This document shows positions 10,000 to 19,319 of a stretch of DNA of 64,000 nucleotides, one piece after another. The notes beneath the pieces are model-generated. The model had not been told where the DNA came from. It saw nothing but the letters and a program-made list of their open reading frames with translations, and made no database searches. The first letter of the stretch is position 1; every line of letters begins with the position of its first letter. Origin of the DNA: Pseudomonas phage vB_PaeM_GXNNA8; the sequence record PV400810.1. One strand, written 5' to 3'. The position numbers and the translations under genes were made by a program.

Positions 10000-10578
10000 T
10001 TACTTTCGGATGAGACGAACCACTGCATCAATGGGATGCCATTGAATCGGAACACTGTGGTCTTTAGCATTATCCAAGGTCGTTGTTACGATCAACCGAC
10101 CGGGTTTTTCAGGCTTCCATTCCAGAGACGCAATATACCCTTCCCCTTTCCATTCACCTTCAACAGAAATCACTCTGGGGACTAAGGATTCGTTCAAGAG
10201 CTCCATGAGATGGGGATACGCCACACTGTGCAGGTAGATAGCCTCCCGGGTACCGGTCATCCAGAGCCCTTTAAACAGGTTAAACCATATCTCCCGGTAC
10301 GCTGTACTGGGTAAAGGAACCTGAATAGTCCTCCGTCTTCCCTGGGTGGGGAAGAAGTAATACCGGCTCGCCTCCCGGTCACTGATCCCCACCAACCACC
10401 CCTCAGGCAGTTTAACGGACGAATAATACCGGATCGCGTATTGGAGCTTGTGGCGTACTAAGTGACACCGTTTCTTGTGGGACTTTTCCAAATGACCAAT
10501 GAAGAAAGAACCATCGTTGGGATCGATGTACAATCGACTGGACAAGAGACCCACAGGTTGGTCTGAGGTATTCAGCAT
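10000..10578 (-). CDS. hypothetical protein
   Basis: 192-aa ORF. Confidence 0.5.
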   Translation of the reverse strand: MLNTSDQPVGLLSSRLYIDPNDGSFFIGHLEKSHKKRCHLVRHKLQYAIRYYSSVKLPEGWLVGISDREASRYYFFPTQGRRRTIQVPLPSTAYREIWFNLFKGLWMTGTREAIYLHSVAYPHLMELLNESLVPRVISVEGEWKGEGYIASLEWKPEKPGRLIVTTTLDNAKDHSVPIQWHPIDAVVRLIRK

Positions 10579-10607
10579 GGGATTGATTCCCTCGGTAAGG
10601 TTACCGT

Positions 10608-11492
10608 TTAATGGCAGAACGAGTGATAAGGTACCAGGGTGGTACGATCTTTCTCACCGACGAACCAGTACTTATCTGTAGGTTTGAGTTTAACGGTACC
10701 GAATTCTCCCCGGTCATAGTTCATCCGCCACCAGTTCCCTTTACTCGCATCGAATCCCAGGATAATGATTTTATCCCCAGGGAGTTTGACTTCGGTGACT
10801 TCTTCGACTGTACTCTCATCCACGAGGTGGTAACCCAGAATCGATTGATACGCGTAGCGGTAGTACCGCTTACCGGTAATTTCAAAATCCCCGTAAGGGA
10901 CTTTGCACTCCGCAACTACGGTATAGCGACCGGTGAGCATTTGTTTCTGGACGAACATCCACCCCCCATAGAGACCACTTCCCACAACCGCCAAGAGCCC
11001 AACAACAATGGACCACAGTCGAATACGTTTCTTACGGTTATATTCCCGTACTCGCTTCAGCGCTGCCAATGCGCGTTCTGCGGCGTCTACGGTGTCTTCT
11101 TGGGTGAGTTCAGCCTTCTTACGAACCACCATCTCCAACAGGCCTTCTACCTGCTTGGTCTTCGGTTTAGTACCCAGGGTATTTCCTTTCAGGACATTCT
11201 CTTCATGTTCCTGGGTTACCGAAGTCTTCAAGGATTCCACTAATCGGTCCTCTTCCTGTTTGAGAGCGGCTTTCCACTCGATGTATTCAGGGGTTCCCTT
11301 CTTCGGCTGAAGGGCGGGGTGAGAATAGCGGTTGAGGATGTCCGACGTACCTGGATGTTGTATGACGTCCTCTTTGGACACCGGAGTTACGTCTTCCCCT
11401 GCGTTGTCCAGTTCATTGAGTGCCTTATCCAAGTCTTCATCAGAGATAGACGTAAGACCTTGTTTATCAGGATTGTTCTCATTCTTCGGCAT
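10608..11492 (-). CDS. single-pass membrane protein (acidic cytoplasmic N-terminus, TM, periplasmic C-terminal domain)
   Basis: Hydrophobic segment LWSIVVGLLAVVGSGLYGGWMFV near the middle of the protein. Confidence 0.55.
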   Translation of the reverse strand: MPKNENNPDKQGLTSISDEDLDKALNELDNAGEDVTPVSKEDVIQHPGTSDILNRYSHPALQPKKGTPEYIEWKAALKQEEDRLVESLKTSVTQEHEENVLKGNTLGTKPKTKQVEGLLEMVVRKKAELTQEDTVDAAERALAALKRVREYNRKKRIRLWSIVVGLLAVVGSGLYGGWMFVQKQMLTGRYTVVAECKVPYGDFEITGKRYYRYAYQSILGYHLVDESTVEEVTEVKLPGDKIIILGFDASKGNWWRMNYDRGEFGTVKLKPTDKYWFVGEKDRTTLVPYHSFCH

Positions 11493-11592
11493 GGTTATTA
11501 CCTTTTTGGGTTGGTGTATTGAAAAATTTAAAGCGGTAATAACCCCTACCCCGCTCCACCGGAGCGTTAAGCCCAGTGGAGCAGGTAGAGGA

Positions 11593-12153
11593 TCAAAGTC
11601 CCACCCGAGTGAGTAGGAAGGGGACTGAAGTGTTCATCCCAGTCCGGAGATCTTGGTAATTCACCAAACCGAACAAAGGATGAGGCGTTTTGAAGGTAAT
11701 CCCTACGTTGTAAGGATGGCCGTCTACGGTCACGTCAATACCGGGGGTGCGCATGGGACGGAGAATACTCAGGATCGTTTTGGGATAATCGCGTTCCAGA
11801 AACTCGTCCTGCAATTTGTATACCGTTTCCGACACAGTAATACCCAACCGTACGTAGTAGTACGGGATGTTGTTATTCCGGTTGAACGCGAAGACCGCTT
11901 CTTCGCCGTACGCTTCAATATCTCGGTTATTCAGAATTCTGCCCGATACAAAGTTGGGGGTCTTAACGATGTTGTCGAGCAGATCGAGCGCGTAAATAAA
12001 CTCTTTGATCAACTGGGGGTCGAGGCCAAGTTTGTCAAACGTTTTCACAAACGCGGGATTAAAGGCATCCCGGATCTCGTGCAGAGGAAGATCATCGTCT
12101 TCCTTGCCGGGGGACGTAGAAAAGTTACCCCTTTTAGCAGTACTCATACTCAT
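11593..12153 (-). CDS. hypothetical protein
   Basis: Track ORF extends to 12174. The ATG at 12153 (MSMSTAKRG) has an AGGAA SD; the ATG at 12174 has none. Confidence 0.5.
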   Translation of the reverse strand: MSMSTAKRGNFSTSPGKEDDDLPLHEIRDAFNPAFVKTFDKLGLDPQLIKEFIYALDLLDNIVKTPNFVSGRILNNRDIEAYGEEAVFAFNRNNNIPYYYVRLGITVSETVYKLQDEFLERDYPKTILSILRPMRTPGIDVTVDGHPYNVGITFKTPHPLFGLVNYQDLRTGMNTSVPFLLTRVGL

Positions 12154-12235
12154 GGTGAATATTCCTAATGACATTTAAAGCACCAGTTGCAAGAGAATTC
12201 ATTCATCCGTGAACTTTTATTGCCCCTGGCTCACA

Positions 12236-12256
12236 CTGATGATGTAGATTTGAAAT
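12236..12256 (-). promoter_or_regulatory. conserved promoter-like motif (AAATCTACATCATCAG in gene orientation)
   Basis: Weakest family member. Sits between the terminator at 12291..12323 and the gene 11593..12153. Confidence 0.35.
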
Positions 12257-12290
12257 TCACTGGAATTGAAATGAGGTACGAAGGAGAGGT

Positions 12291-12323
12291 AAACTACCCA
12301 GTGGGCTAGCCCACTGGGTAGTT
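12291..12323 (-). terminator. hairpin terminator after 12331..12966
   Basis: Perfect palindrome aaactacccagtgggc-tagc-ccactgggtagtt. Confidence 0.65.
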
Positions 12324-12330
12324 ATCTGGC

Positions 12331-12966
12331 TTACGGTTGGGGTTCGGGTTCAGGCTGAGTGATTTCTTTGAATTCCAGACGACCGTAGTCAGTTTCCGGA
12401 ATCTCGATGATCGGAGCCTTACCAATTTCGTACACGAGCTCGCCGCGGGTGAACGGGTTGGTGGTTACCTTGAGCACCTTGGCGGTGGCGGTGTCGACAT
12501 CGGCGTCGTCCAGGACGTATTCGAAGTTGGCCTTGAACAGCGCCAGGGCGTCGGCGGCTTGGGTTTCAGTGGTGGTGGTGGAAGCCAGCACCAGGCCCAC
12601 GCGTTGAACCGCTTCTTCGCCTTCACCGACCAGGTAAACGTAGGCACCCGGGGTGGTCTGCTCGGCCAGTTGGTCTTCGCCGGTCAGAGGAGCACCTTTG
12701 TTCACCACCACGAAGGCGAACGGAGTGTTGATGTTTGCCGGGAGCCATTTTTGTTCGACACCCTTGAAGTTGCGGCTCACAGAGGTGACCGTGGCGCTTT
12801 GCAGCTCGGGGTTGGTACCGTCGGCGGTGATATCGGAGATCGTGATGTCCGCGAGGGTCAGGCCGTCAAAGAGAGCGAGCATTTCTGCGTCGTCTTTGTA
12901 GCGGTCTTTGTTGAACTCGACGAATTTGTCGAGAAAGATCGTTTGGATTGGAAGGTTTGAAGCCAT
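12331..12966 (-). CDS. abundant virion-type protein (paralogue of 63..644); atypically GC-rich codons
   Basis: N-terminus MASNLPIQTIFLDKFVEFNKDRY...LTLADITISD aligns with ORF 63..644. Strong SD (AAGAGGA). Terminator downstream. G/C-ending codons are visibly enriched compared with neighbouring genes. Confidence 0.7.
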   Translation of the reverse strand: MASNLPIQTIFLDKFVEFNKDRYKDDAEMLALFDGLTLADITISDITADGTNPELQSATVTSVSRNFKGVEQKWLPANINTPFAFVVVNKGAPLTGEDQLAEQTTPGAYVYLVGEGEEAVQRVGLVLASTTTTETQAADALALFKANFEYVLDDADVDTATAKVLKVTTNPFTRGELVYEIGKAPIIEIPETDYGRLEFKEITQPEPEPQP

Positions 12967-13077
12967 TGCTTTATCCTCTTAAAGGTGGTCCAATGGGAGT
13001 AAGTCAAAAGAAGTTACAAGACTCACTGCATAGGATGTCTACCTCCTTCAAATGCTTCGTCATCCATCGATTTCCTT

Positions 13078-13119
13078 AAAAAAAAAATAAAGGAGTAGGG
13101 GTCTTCCCCCTACTCCTTT
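13078..13119 (-). terminator. rho-independent terminator of the chaperonin gene
   Basis: Hairpin aaaggagtagggg-tcttc-cccctactccttt followed on the minus strand by a 10-nt T-run. Confidence 0.7.
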
Positions 13120-13128
13120 ACAAACCCC

Positions 13129-14811
13129 TTACCGCACCTTAACCGCCGACAACTTCTCCCCTAGGATCAGTGTCTTCGTAGTGGCCAAGATCTTAGCGGT
13201 TTGGAGTCCGCCTTTCAGCGCAGTGATAGAGGCATACGCGGTGTCATAAATACCCAATCCCTCCGGGGTACCAATCTCACCAGTTGCCAGATTCATGACG
13301 GTCGGCGTATTGAGCCAATCATCATTAAAATGGAAACTCCCATTTTCCTTATACAGTGACGTGTCCTTGAACAACAGCTTATGCTGAATAGTGGACAGCC
13401 GCATCAACTCATTGGCAACGCCTGAGTTGATATACCGCTTAGCAAACTCAGCGCTCTGGTCTTTATCTTCGAGGCCTTCCTTGATCGTACCGAAGACCGC
13501 CTTAACCAGGGATACACCACCGCCAGGAAGGATACCGTTCTCCAAGGCGGAGCGAATGGCTTTCACCACATCCTCGTACCGGTCTACCCGTTCCTTGACT
13601 TCAGAATAGGTTTCACCGCCTACGGAAATGGTGATCAACTTACCCCGTAGGGTCCGAATACGCCGTTCGTTGTACCGGGCGCGTACGGAGAACTTATCGC
13701 TGAGGCTAAACCCCTCCAACAGTTCCTCAATACCCCGAGCATGTTGTTCGATCCGGTCTTCATCCTTAGGTGTGGTACTCTTCAGGATAGACCGATTCCC
13801 CCCCAGTTCCAGTTGGCCGTGTTGGCCATTGATCGAATGGGCATCCAACTTGGTCAGGTCCGCTACGTCACTGAGCATAGGGGCGTTCAGCATGACCGCG
13901 ATGTCTTGCAGTTCGGAAGTCCCAATTGCACCACCTACCGGCGTACTCAACGGAATCAACCAAGGGCGCCCATCTTCTACCAGGGTTGGGTGCGCCGCAT
14001 TCAATTGCATCAGGGTCGAGTTAGCGGCTTCTTCGAAACTTCGTGCAATCAGCAGGATGGGAAGGGTCAGGTGTTGTTTGTGAGTTTTCACAAGGTGATT
14101 CACCCCATCAATCAACTTCTGGGTGTCTTCCTTGTCAATCCGACGATCGATAACGAACGCCGTAAACCCTGTTAATTCTGTCACACCCCCTTGATGGCCT
14201 TTCGCAAACCAGGGATTCGCGTAGAACATACGGATGGTACGCCCTGTGGTTTGTTCGATCTGGTCTTCGAAGTTGACCCCTTCCTTGAGTTCAATATCCG
14301 GATAACTCCCTTTATTCTTCGCATAGAGGTCGCTGACCAGTCGGGCGAGCTTTTCATCCTGGTTAGACGAGGTCAGTGCCACTTGATACAACCGAGGGTC
14401 ATCCACTTCCACTCGTATCGCCATGGATTCCAAACGTTGGATAACCCGCTCTACCAGGTCTTCAATGTTCCGGTGGTGTTGGAAGCCTGGGAAGTCCTTG
14501 AACAGGTGATAGAGCGCATGGGTCAGCATGATGGTGGTGGTAGTGCCATCCCCGCATTCCTCATCGGTCTTCGTAGCCGGCTCGGTAATTACCCGGTTCA
14601 CCAATTCATGGGCTTCATCTGCAAAGCGAATGGAACGGGCTACCGTCACCCCATCCTTGGTGGTCTTGGTGGAGACCCCATTCTTGATCATCACCAACTG
14701 ACCATTCGGACCCATGGTCGAAGTGACGGCGTCATACACCTCACTCAAGACCTGTTTAATAATCCCTTGGGCTTCTTCACCATGTACCAGCAGCGTTTGA
14801 GACATCTTCAT
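13129..14811 (-). CDS. groEL: GroEL-like chaperonin (phage-encoded Hsp60 family)
   Basis: GroEL signature blocks: MGPNGQLVMI (compare LGPKGRNVVL), TKDGVTVARSI, CGDGTTTTIMLT (compare AGDGTTTATVLA), GGGVSLV near the C-terminus. 560 aa. No GGM tail. Confidence 0.9.
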   Translation of the reverse strand: MKMSQTLLVHGEEAQGIIKQVLSEVYDAVTSTMGPNGQLVMIKNGVSTKTTKDGVTVARSIRFADEAHELVNRVITEPATKTDEECGDGTTTTIMLTHALYHLFKDFPGFQHHRNIEDLVERVIQRLESMAIRVEVDDPRLYQVALTSSNQDEKLARLVSDLYAKNKGSYPDIELKEGVNFEDQIEQTTGRTIRMFYANPWFAKGHQGGVTELTGFTAFVIDRRIDKEDTQKLIDGVNHLVKTHKQHLTLPILLIARSFEEAANSTLMQLNAAHPTLVEDGRPWLIPLSTPVGGAIGTSELQDIAVMLNAPMLSDVADLTKLDAHSINGQHGQLELGGNRSILKSTTPKDEDRIEQHARGIEELLEGFSLSDKFSVRARYNERRIRTLRGKLITISVGGETYSEVKERVDRYEDVVKAIRSALENGILPGGGVSLVKAVFGTIKEGLEDKDQSAEFAKRYINSGVANELMRLSTIQHKLLFKDTSLYKENGSFHFNDDWLNTPTVMNLATGEIGTPEGLGIYDTAYASITALKGGLQTAKILATTKTLILGEKLSAVKVR

Positions 14812-14847
14812 ACTCCTGTTAAACCATACCTAATTGCATTACACCTG

Positions 14848-14866
14848 GGTAATATAGGTTTATTAA
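14848..14866 (-). promoter_or_regulatory. conserved promoter-like motif (AAACCTAtATTAcc in gene orientation) upstream of the chaperonin gene
   Basis: Member of the 7-copy motif family. About 35-55 nt upstream of the start codon. Confidence 0.45.
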
Positions 14867-14869
14867 TTT

Positions 14870-15574
14870 CTACTGGGGATCGGGAAGAACGTCCTCAGAG
14901 GGTGTGTCACTCTGGAGCTCCTGGGGTTTATCCCAACCTAAGACCTTGCATTGCTTACGAAGACTCTTGATCTTAACCTGAGCCTCCTTCAAATAGGTCA
15001 CCAGGCATTGGAGAGCGCTGAGTTGAACTTCTAACAGCGCTTTGTTAAAGACCATCCCATCATTGTGGTGAATGTTCATCCACATCACAATGGTCCGGTG
15101 ACAATCCCCAACGCAGAACCTACCTGCCTTATCCTGGTCGATGAAATAGAAATAATGCCCCGTGAAGGGCGCTTCAATGTTCTCAGGGTTGAGCCACTGT
15201 CGCTTATAGACGGGTTCCTTTAGGGGTTTCTTCGGGTTATTGAGGACCTTTCTGAACGCCTTGCAATACTCCCGTACGCCCTGCTCCAGTAGATTGAGCT
15301 TATTGAAGAACAACACCAATTCAGGATCATTATCGTGCGAATGTAACCGAACAGTGATGTTCTCCATGTGGATATTGAAACGACCCGTCCAAAAGGTGGT
15401 GGGGGGATAGGCTAAAGGACTGACACTCATGGAGTAGAACACCGCGTCACCCCCAGTCCATTCCTCTTTACCCTCACCACCCTGGTCGCATAACCACCCT
15501 CTTCCATATTCCAACAACGATTGTCTTGACATAACCACCTCATAACAAATAAAGGACATACACCCTCCTGCCAA
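14870..15574 (-). CDS. hypothetical protein
   Basis: 234-aa ORF. Start uncertain (internal Met MSRQSLLEY possible). Confidence 0.45.
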   Translation of the reverse strand: MAGGCMSFICYEVVMSRQSLLEYGRGWLCDQGGEGKEEWTGGDAVFYSMSVSPLAYPPTTFWTGRFNIHMENITVRLHSHDNDPELVLFFNKLNLLEQGVREYCKAFRKVLNNPKKPLKEPVYKRQWLNPENIEAPFTGHYFYFIDQDKAGRFCVGDCHRTIVMWMNIHHNDGMVFNKALLEVQLSALQCLVTYLKEAQVKIKSLRKQCKVLGWDKPQELQSDTPSEDVLPDPQ

Positions 15575-15589
15575 TAAGGCAGGAGGGTG
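15561..15589 (-). terminator. hairpin terminator after 15599..15859
   Basis: 12-bp stem caccctcctgcc-aataa-ggcaggagggtg. T-rich tail on the minus strand. Confidence 0.55.
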
Positions 15590-15598
15590 GGTCGTTAG

Positions 15599-15859
15599 CT
15601 ACTTCCGGACCAGGTAGTACGCTCCCCCAATCCGTTCGAACCGGTAACTCACCCCTTTGTTGCTAGCGGGGACGTCCGCATTCACTTCAATCTTGTTGCC
15701 CAGGTTGAAGGCAGCCAGGACTTTACCAACCACATCGTCAGCGGTAACCACCTCGCCCTCTACCGGGTTAATCACGTGAATACCTTCTGCTTTCAGTTGG
15801 TCCGACAGGATAGCAAAAGCAGCCAGACCCAGTTTTTGTTGGATTTTGATGGTAGTCAT
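15599..15859 (-). CDS. hypothetical protein
   Basis: 86-aa ORF with good SD (AAGGAACC-N-ATG). Confidence 0.5.
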   Translation of the reverse strand: MTTIKIQQKLGLAAFAILSDQLKAEGIHVINPVEGEVVTADDVVGKVLAAFNLGNKIEVNADVPASNKGVSYRFERIGGAYYLVRK

Positions 15860-15930
15860 TCAGGTTCCTTATAGGTCATTAACGATTGAGTTGTCATTCC
15901 GAGGTAAAGAATAGGAGCGGGTGTTCGGAA

Positions 15931-16479
15931 TTAGTGAGAGTGGGCTTTAGCCCGACAGCTTTCAGTATGGATGAGATAACGTTGCATCATGTCCTCATCC
16001 ATGCTTTTCAAGTACGCGGATTCTTTATCCAATACAGTGAACCAATGTTCCAGGAGCTCAGGATAACGGTCTCGCTCTTTACACACCAGGATAAAGGGCA
16101 CACCACCACCCCATCCCCACACACGATCCATGTGGCGAAACAGCGACATGTCTATTTCAGCCAAGAGATCCTCGTGAACCAGCAGGTGCGCAATCCTCTC
16201 CCCCACTTTTTCTACCAGGTGGTCGTAATGCACTTTGGGGAACGAATGGGCAAAGGCAAAGGGATTGGTCTCAGTGGTGCGGTGTTTACGAATACGAACC
16301 TGTTTCAGTTCTTCCCACTCCCAGACATTAATCGGGGTTAACGAGACCTCGATAGCCTCATGGAACTTCCCACCCATCCGACACAAGCACCGGGAGAACG
16401 TCTTCCAATACCCACTGAAATGGAACCAGTCACCGTTCTCACTGATGATGTACTCAGGCGGTGAAGTGTTTGTCTTCAT
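15931..16479 (-). CDS. hypothetical protein
   Basis: 182-aa ORF. Confidence 0.5.
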   Translation of the reverse strand: MKTNTSPPEYIISENGDWFHFSGYWKTFSRCLCRMGGKFHEAIEVSLTPINVWEWEELKQVRIRKHRTTETNPFAFAHSFPKVHYDHLVEKVGERIAHLLVHEDLLAEIDMSLFRHMDRVWGWGGGVPFILVCKERDRYPELLEHWFTVLDKESAYLKSMDEDMMQRYLIHTESCRAKAHSH

Positions 16480-16933
16480 TCATTTTTCTCCGTACAGAAC
16501 CCGACACAGCGGGGTTAAAAGGTTTCCAACCGCCCAGTAACTTGATTTCGATTTTGTTATTCTCATTGAACCGTACAGCGGGCTTAATAAACGGTTGAAG
16601 TTCTTCATCCAGATTCCGGTAATTAGCCGACTCATTCCGGTGGAAGACATAGTCATCGATGACGTCGTCTTCTTCCTTACGCAGTTCGTTAATAACCCCG
16701 ATCAGTGCTTCGACATCATAATCCGGGAACCCTGGAGCGACACCCATAATCCAGCGAGGGTTCGGTTTACCATCCAACGTGGTATGAGGGACGGTCTTCA
16801 ACACGACCGATACCACGGTTTTGAGGTAGTCCGTGGTTACATCCTTGATGAGGGCGTTGGTCTCCTCTTGACTCAAGAGAGGCTCATGTTGACGTTTGAA
16901 GACCCGTTTAATCCACTGTGTGAACACATTCAC
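16454..16933 (-). CDS. hypothetical protein
   Basis: 159-aa ORF. Overlaps its downstream neighbour by 26 nt. Confidence 0.5.
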   Translation of the reverse strand: MNVFTQWIKRVFKRQHEPLLSQEETNALIKDVTTDYLKTVVSVVLKTVPHTTLDGKPNPRWIMGVAPGFPDYDVEALIGVINELRKEEDDVIDDYVFHRNESANYRNLDEELQPFIKPAVRFNENNKIEIKLLGGWKPFNPAVSGSVRRKMNEDKHFTA

Positions 16934-16936
16934 TAT

Positions 16937-17215
16937 TCACCTCTTCTTACCGCGTGTCTCTAGAACAAACCGCCCCTTCCGTATCGCAAACTTAAAACTG
17001 GCTAGCTGTTGTGGCGTCAGGGAAAGTGACGGATCCTGTAAACGAAGCTGGACCCCAATAGGGTTATTACCACTGAAAGTATACACGTACCCTATTAGGG
17101 TTTCGTCACCTCCCCTCGTCAGAGTTACCACACGGACCCCCACATCCAGCAATTGGGTTTTCAACACCGCTCGCTGGGAGTCTGAGAGTCCGTGTTTAAC
17201 CTCAACCTTTACCAT
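16937..17215 (-). CDS. hypothetical protein
   Basis: 92-aa ORF in a tightly packed operon. Confidence 0.45.
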   Translation of the reverse strand: MVKVEVKHGLSDSQRAVLKTQLLDVGVRVVTLTRGGDETLIGYVYTFSGNNPIGVQLRLQDPSLSLTPQQLASFKFAIRKGRFVLETRGKKR

Positions 17216-17541
17216 AGCCCATTTTCGTCCTTGAAACTCTTGAGCGTGGAGGTGGTGTTTTCGACCCTCGCTTCGAATGCCTGGAGAAGGTCTTTATAGA
17301 GCAGCTCCAGGCCTGCCTGGTACTGTTCTTCTCGGACCGAGACCTCTCGGTAGTCTTTGGACCTGTACCCGTAGGTCCGCGAGGCATCGCTCACCCGCTG
17401 CATACTGAAAAGTATTAGCTCCAGTACGTCACTCGATTTCTCTTGGATCTCTAGAGTCGTACGTGCCTGTTGGTTGATTTCACTATACCCTGAGGTAATG
17501 TGTTGCATCATCAAAGGCGTGGGAATAAATTCGACTGTCAT
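17209..17541 (-). CDS. hypothetical protein
   Basis: 110-aa ORF. Confidence 0.45.
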   Translation of the reverse strand: MTVEFIPTPLMMQHITSGYSEINQQARTTLEIQEKSSDVLELILFSMQRVSDASRTYGYRSKDYREVSVREEQYQAGLELLYKDLLQAFEARVENTTSTLKSFKDENGLW

Positions 17542-17549
17542 ACGTCACC

Positions 17550-17777
17550 TTAAATGTAAAGAGGTTGTTCTTTCGGAATTAGCATGTCCTTGTACAAGAA
17601 CAAAGTGTCCCCTGTCTTAATACCCGGAAGGATACCTTTAATGAAAAAGCAAAGGGCGCCGTGGGCGATAACAATACCCGTGTCTTTGACTGCCTTTACT
17701 TTAAAAATGTCGTACGGGGATAAGTCCGCTAATTCCTCCGGTTTTAACACGAGATGAATGTTGGGAAGCATCGTCAA
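17550..17777 (-). CDS. hypothetical protein
   Basis: 75-aa ORF. Confidence 0.4.
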   Translation of the reverse strand: MTMLPNIHLVLKPEELADLSPYDIFKVKAVKDTGIVIAHGALCFFIKGILPGIKTGDTLFLYKDMLIPKEQPLYI

Positions 17778-18171
17778 CGTCGCTTCCTCCTTTAGGGATG
17801 AATGAACAGTGCGTAAACAGCGCTTTATCGCTGAAAAACGTATCCGAGTCTTCTACCAAGCGACTGATCCCTATTTCAGGTTGCTCGCCCACTAAGTAGA
17901 AGTACAAAATCTCATTGCGTTCCGCATTCAGGTAGGTTACGACCGTGTCATCAAAGTCGTAGTCTCGGGGTTCCACCCCGATAAACAAACGCCCTTGGTA
18001 GATTACTCGGTCGGCGGTGAGGTCGAACGTATTAACCTGGAGACTCATGGACAGGGAATGGAAACGCTCAGGGTCTTGGGTAAACCCGTATTGGTGACAG
18101 ACAAAGCTGTCTTCGTTGGCCTTTACAACCAGAGAAACCAGGAGCGTGGTGATCAAAACAATCCATTTCAT
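17701..18171 (-). CDS. secreted/periplasmic protein (signal peptide)
   Basis: Internal start MKWIVLITTLLVSLVVKA|NE has SD AAGGAG. The track ORF extends to 18246 without an RBS. Confidence 0.5.
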   Translation of the reverse strand: MKWIVLITTLLVSLVVKANEDSFVCHQYGFTQDPERFHSLSMSLQVNTFDLTADRVIYQGRLFIGVEPRDYDFDDTVVTYLNAERNEILYFYLVGEQPEIGISRLVEDSDTFFSDKALFTHCSFIPKGGSDVDDASQHSSRVKTGGISGLIPVRHF

Positions 18172-18181
18172 ACCGTTCTCC

Positions 18182-18742
18182 TTAAAACAATTGTTCCAGT
18201 GTGACATTTTTATCCACGTCAGAAAGGTGATTCCGGAAACCGTCAACGATGACCGCCAGCTTATCGAGGAAGATACGTTCGAGGTCAGGGTTATTCAGCG
18301 TGGTCGAGAAAACCATTTCATTGATGTCTCTACCAAATAACTCGACTTTCAACGCTGCGCCCTTAATCTTCCCGTGGATCAGGATGGGGTATTCTTGTTG
18401 GAGTACGAAGGAGCAGTATTCGGGTACGCTCTTATACCCACCCCTCTCGTACTCTCGAATCTTTTGTTTAACCCAGAACTGTAAGTTCTCGAACAGTTCA
18501 ATGACTTCCAAGACCTTGTCGTGGTAAGCTTTCAGTTCCCGTGGATCAGTTAGTTTCTGGGGATCGATGTACCCTACTCGAATGATTTCACCCATTTTCC
18601 CGAAACTGAAACCCGTTATCAACTTGAGTCGTCCGTCCTTGGTTTTAATCGCCGTGGATTCATAGACCCCGTGGACCGAACGGAAGACAGGAGGAAGGAC
18701 GCGGTTACTGAACACAATCGTAGTCATCTTAGACTCCAACAT
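18182..18742 (-). CDS. hypothetical protein
   Basis: 186-aa ORF. Confidence 0.5.
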   Translation of the reverse strand: MLESKMTTIVFSNRVLPPVFRSVHGVYESTAIKTKDGRLKLITGFSFGKMGEIIRVGYIDPQKLTDPRELKAYHDKVLEVIELFENLQFWVKQKIREYERGGYKSVPEYCSFVLQQEYPILIHGKIKGAALKVELFGRDINEMVFSTTLNNPDLERIFLDKLAVIVDGFRNHLSDVDKNVTLEQLF

Positions 18743-18773
18743 TGTTGCTAGGAAGTGAGTAGGAAGTAAGGGT

Positions 18774-19256
18774 TTAATCCAGGAGAGATCGCACGCCCTT
18801 TAAGGCCTGTTCTTCATGTTGGCTATCTTCCTTAAAGATAAAGCCATTCCGTTCGTAGAAGCGACGCGCGGAGGGATTCCACGCCATTACGGTGACAAAG
18901 ATCGGATGACCCAGCTTGATGCGGTGGAATTGTTCAACCAGAACCTTACCGACGTGCTTGTTCCGGTACTTCTCTTCTACAAACAAGACTTCGATGTCAT
19001 TGGGGCGTTCGTAGGCGGACAGCAGCATCCCGATGGGCGTATCCTCATCCAAGGCCAGAATACAGAGATCCGTATCCGCGAAGAGCTCATCATAAGCGTT
19101 TGCCGAGTTTGGGGCTTCGTATTGGTCTTTGAGGTGGGCGGGTATTCCCGACAAGGCAAACTCGTAGTCGAACAGTCGGGTAGAGAAGTCGATGATGGTC
19201 TCCCGTATCCCCTCAATCTGATGAAACCGGTGGAGAATGTCTAAACGAATTGTCAT
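18774..19256 (-). CDS. GNAT family N-acetyltransferase (second copy)
   Basis: LFVEEKYRNKHVGKVLV and ARRFYERNGF motifs. Confidence 0.7.
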   Translation of the reverse strand: MTIRLDILHRFHQIEGIRETIIDFSTRLFDYEFALSGIPAHLKDQYEAPNSANAYDELFADTDLCILALDEDTPIGMLLSAYERPNDIEVLFVEEKYRNKHVGKVLVEQFHRIKLGHPIFVTVMAWNPSARRFYERNGFIFKEDSQHEEQALKGVRSLLD

Positions 19257-19282
19257 AGGGCGTGTCCTATCTTAATACGGAT

Positions 19283-19309
19283 GAACAGGAGGGATGCCCC
19301 TCCTGTTCT
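19283..19309 (-). terminator. hairpin after 19320..19766
   Basis: gaacaggaggg-atg-cccctcctgttc, 11-bp stem. Weak U-tract. Confidence 0.45.
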
Positions 19310-19319
19310 GCACCGGAAG

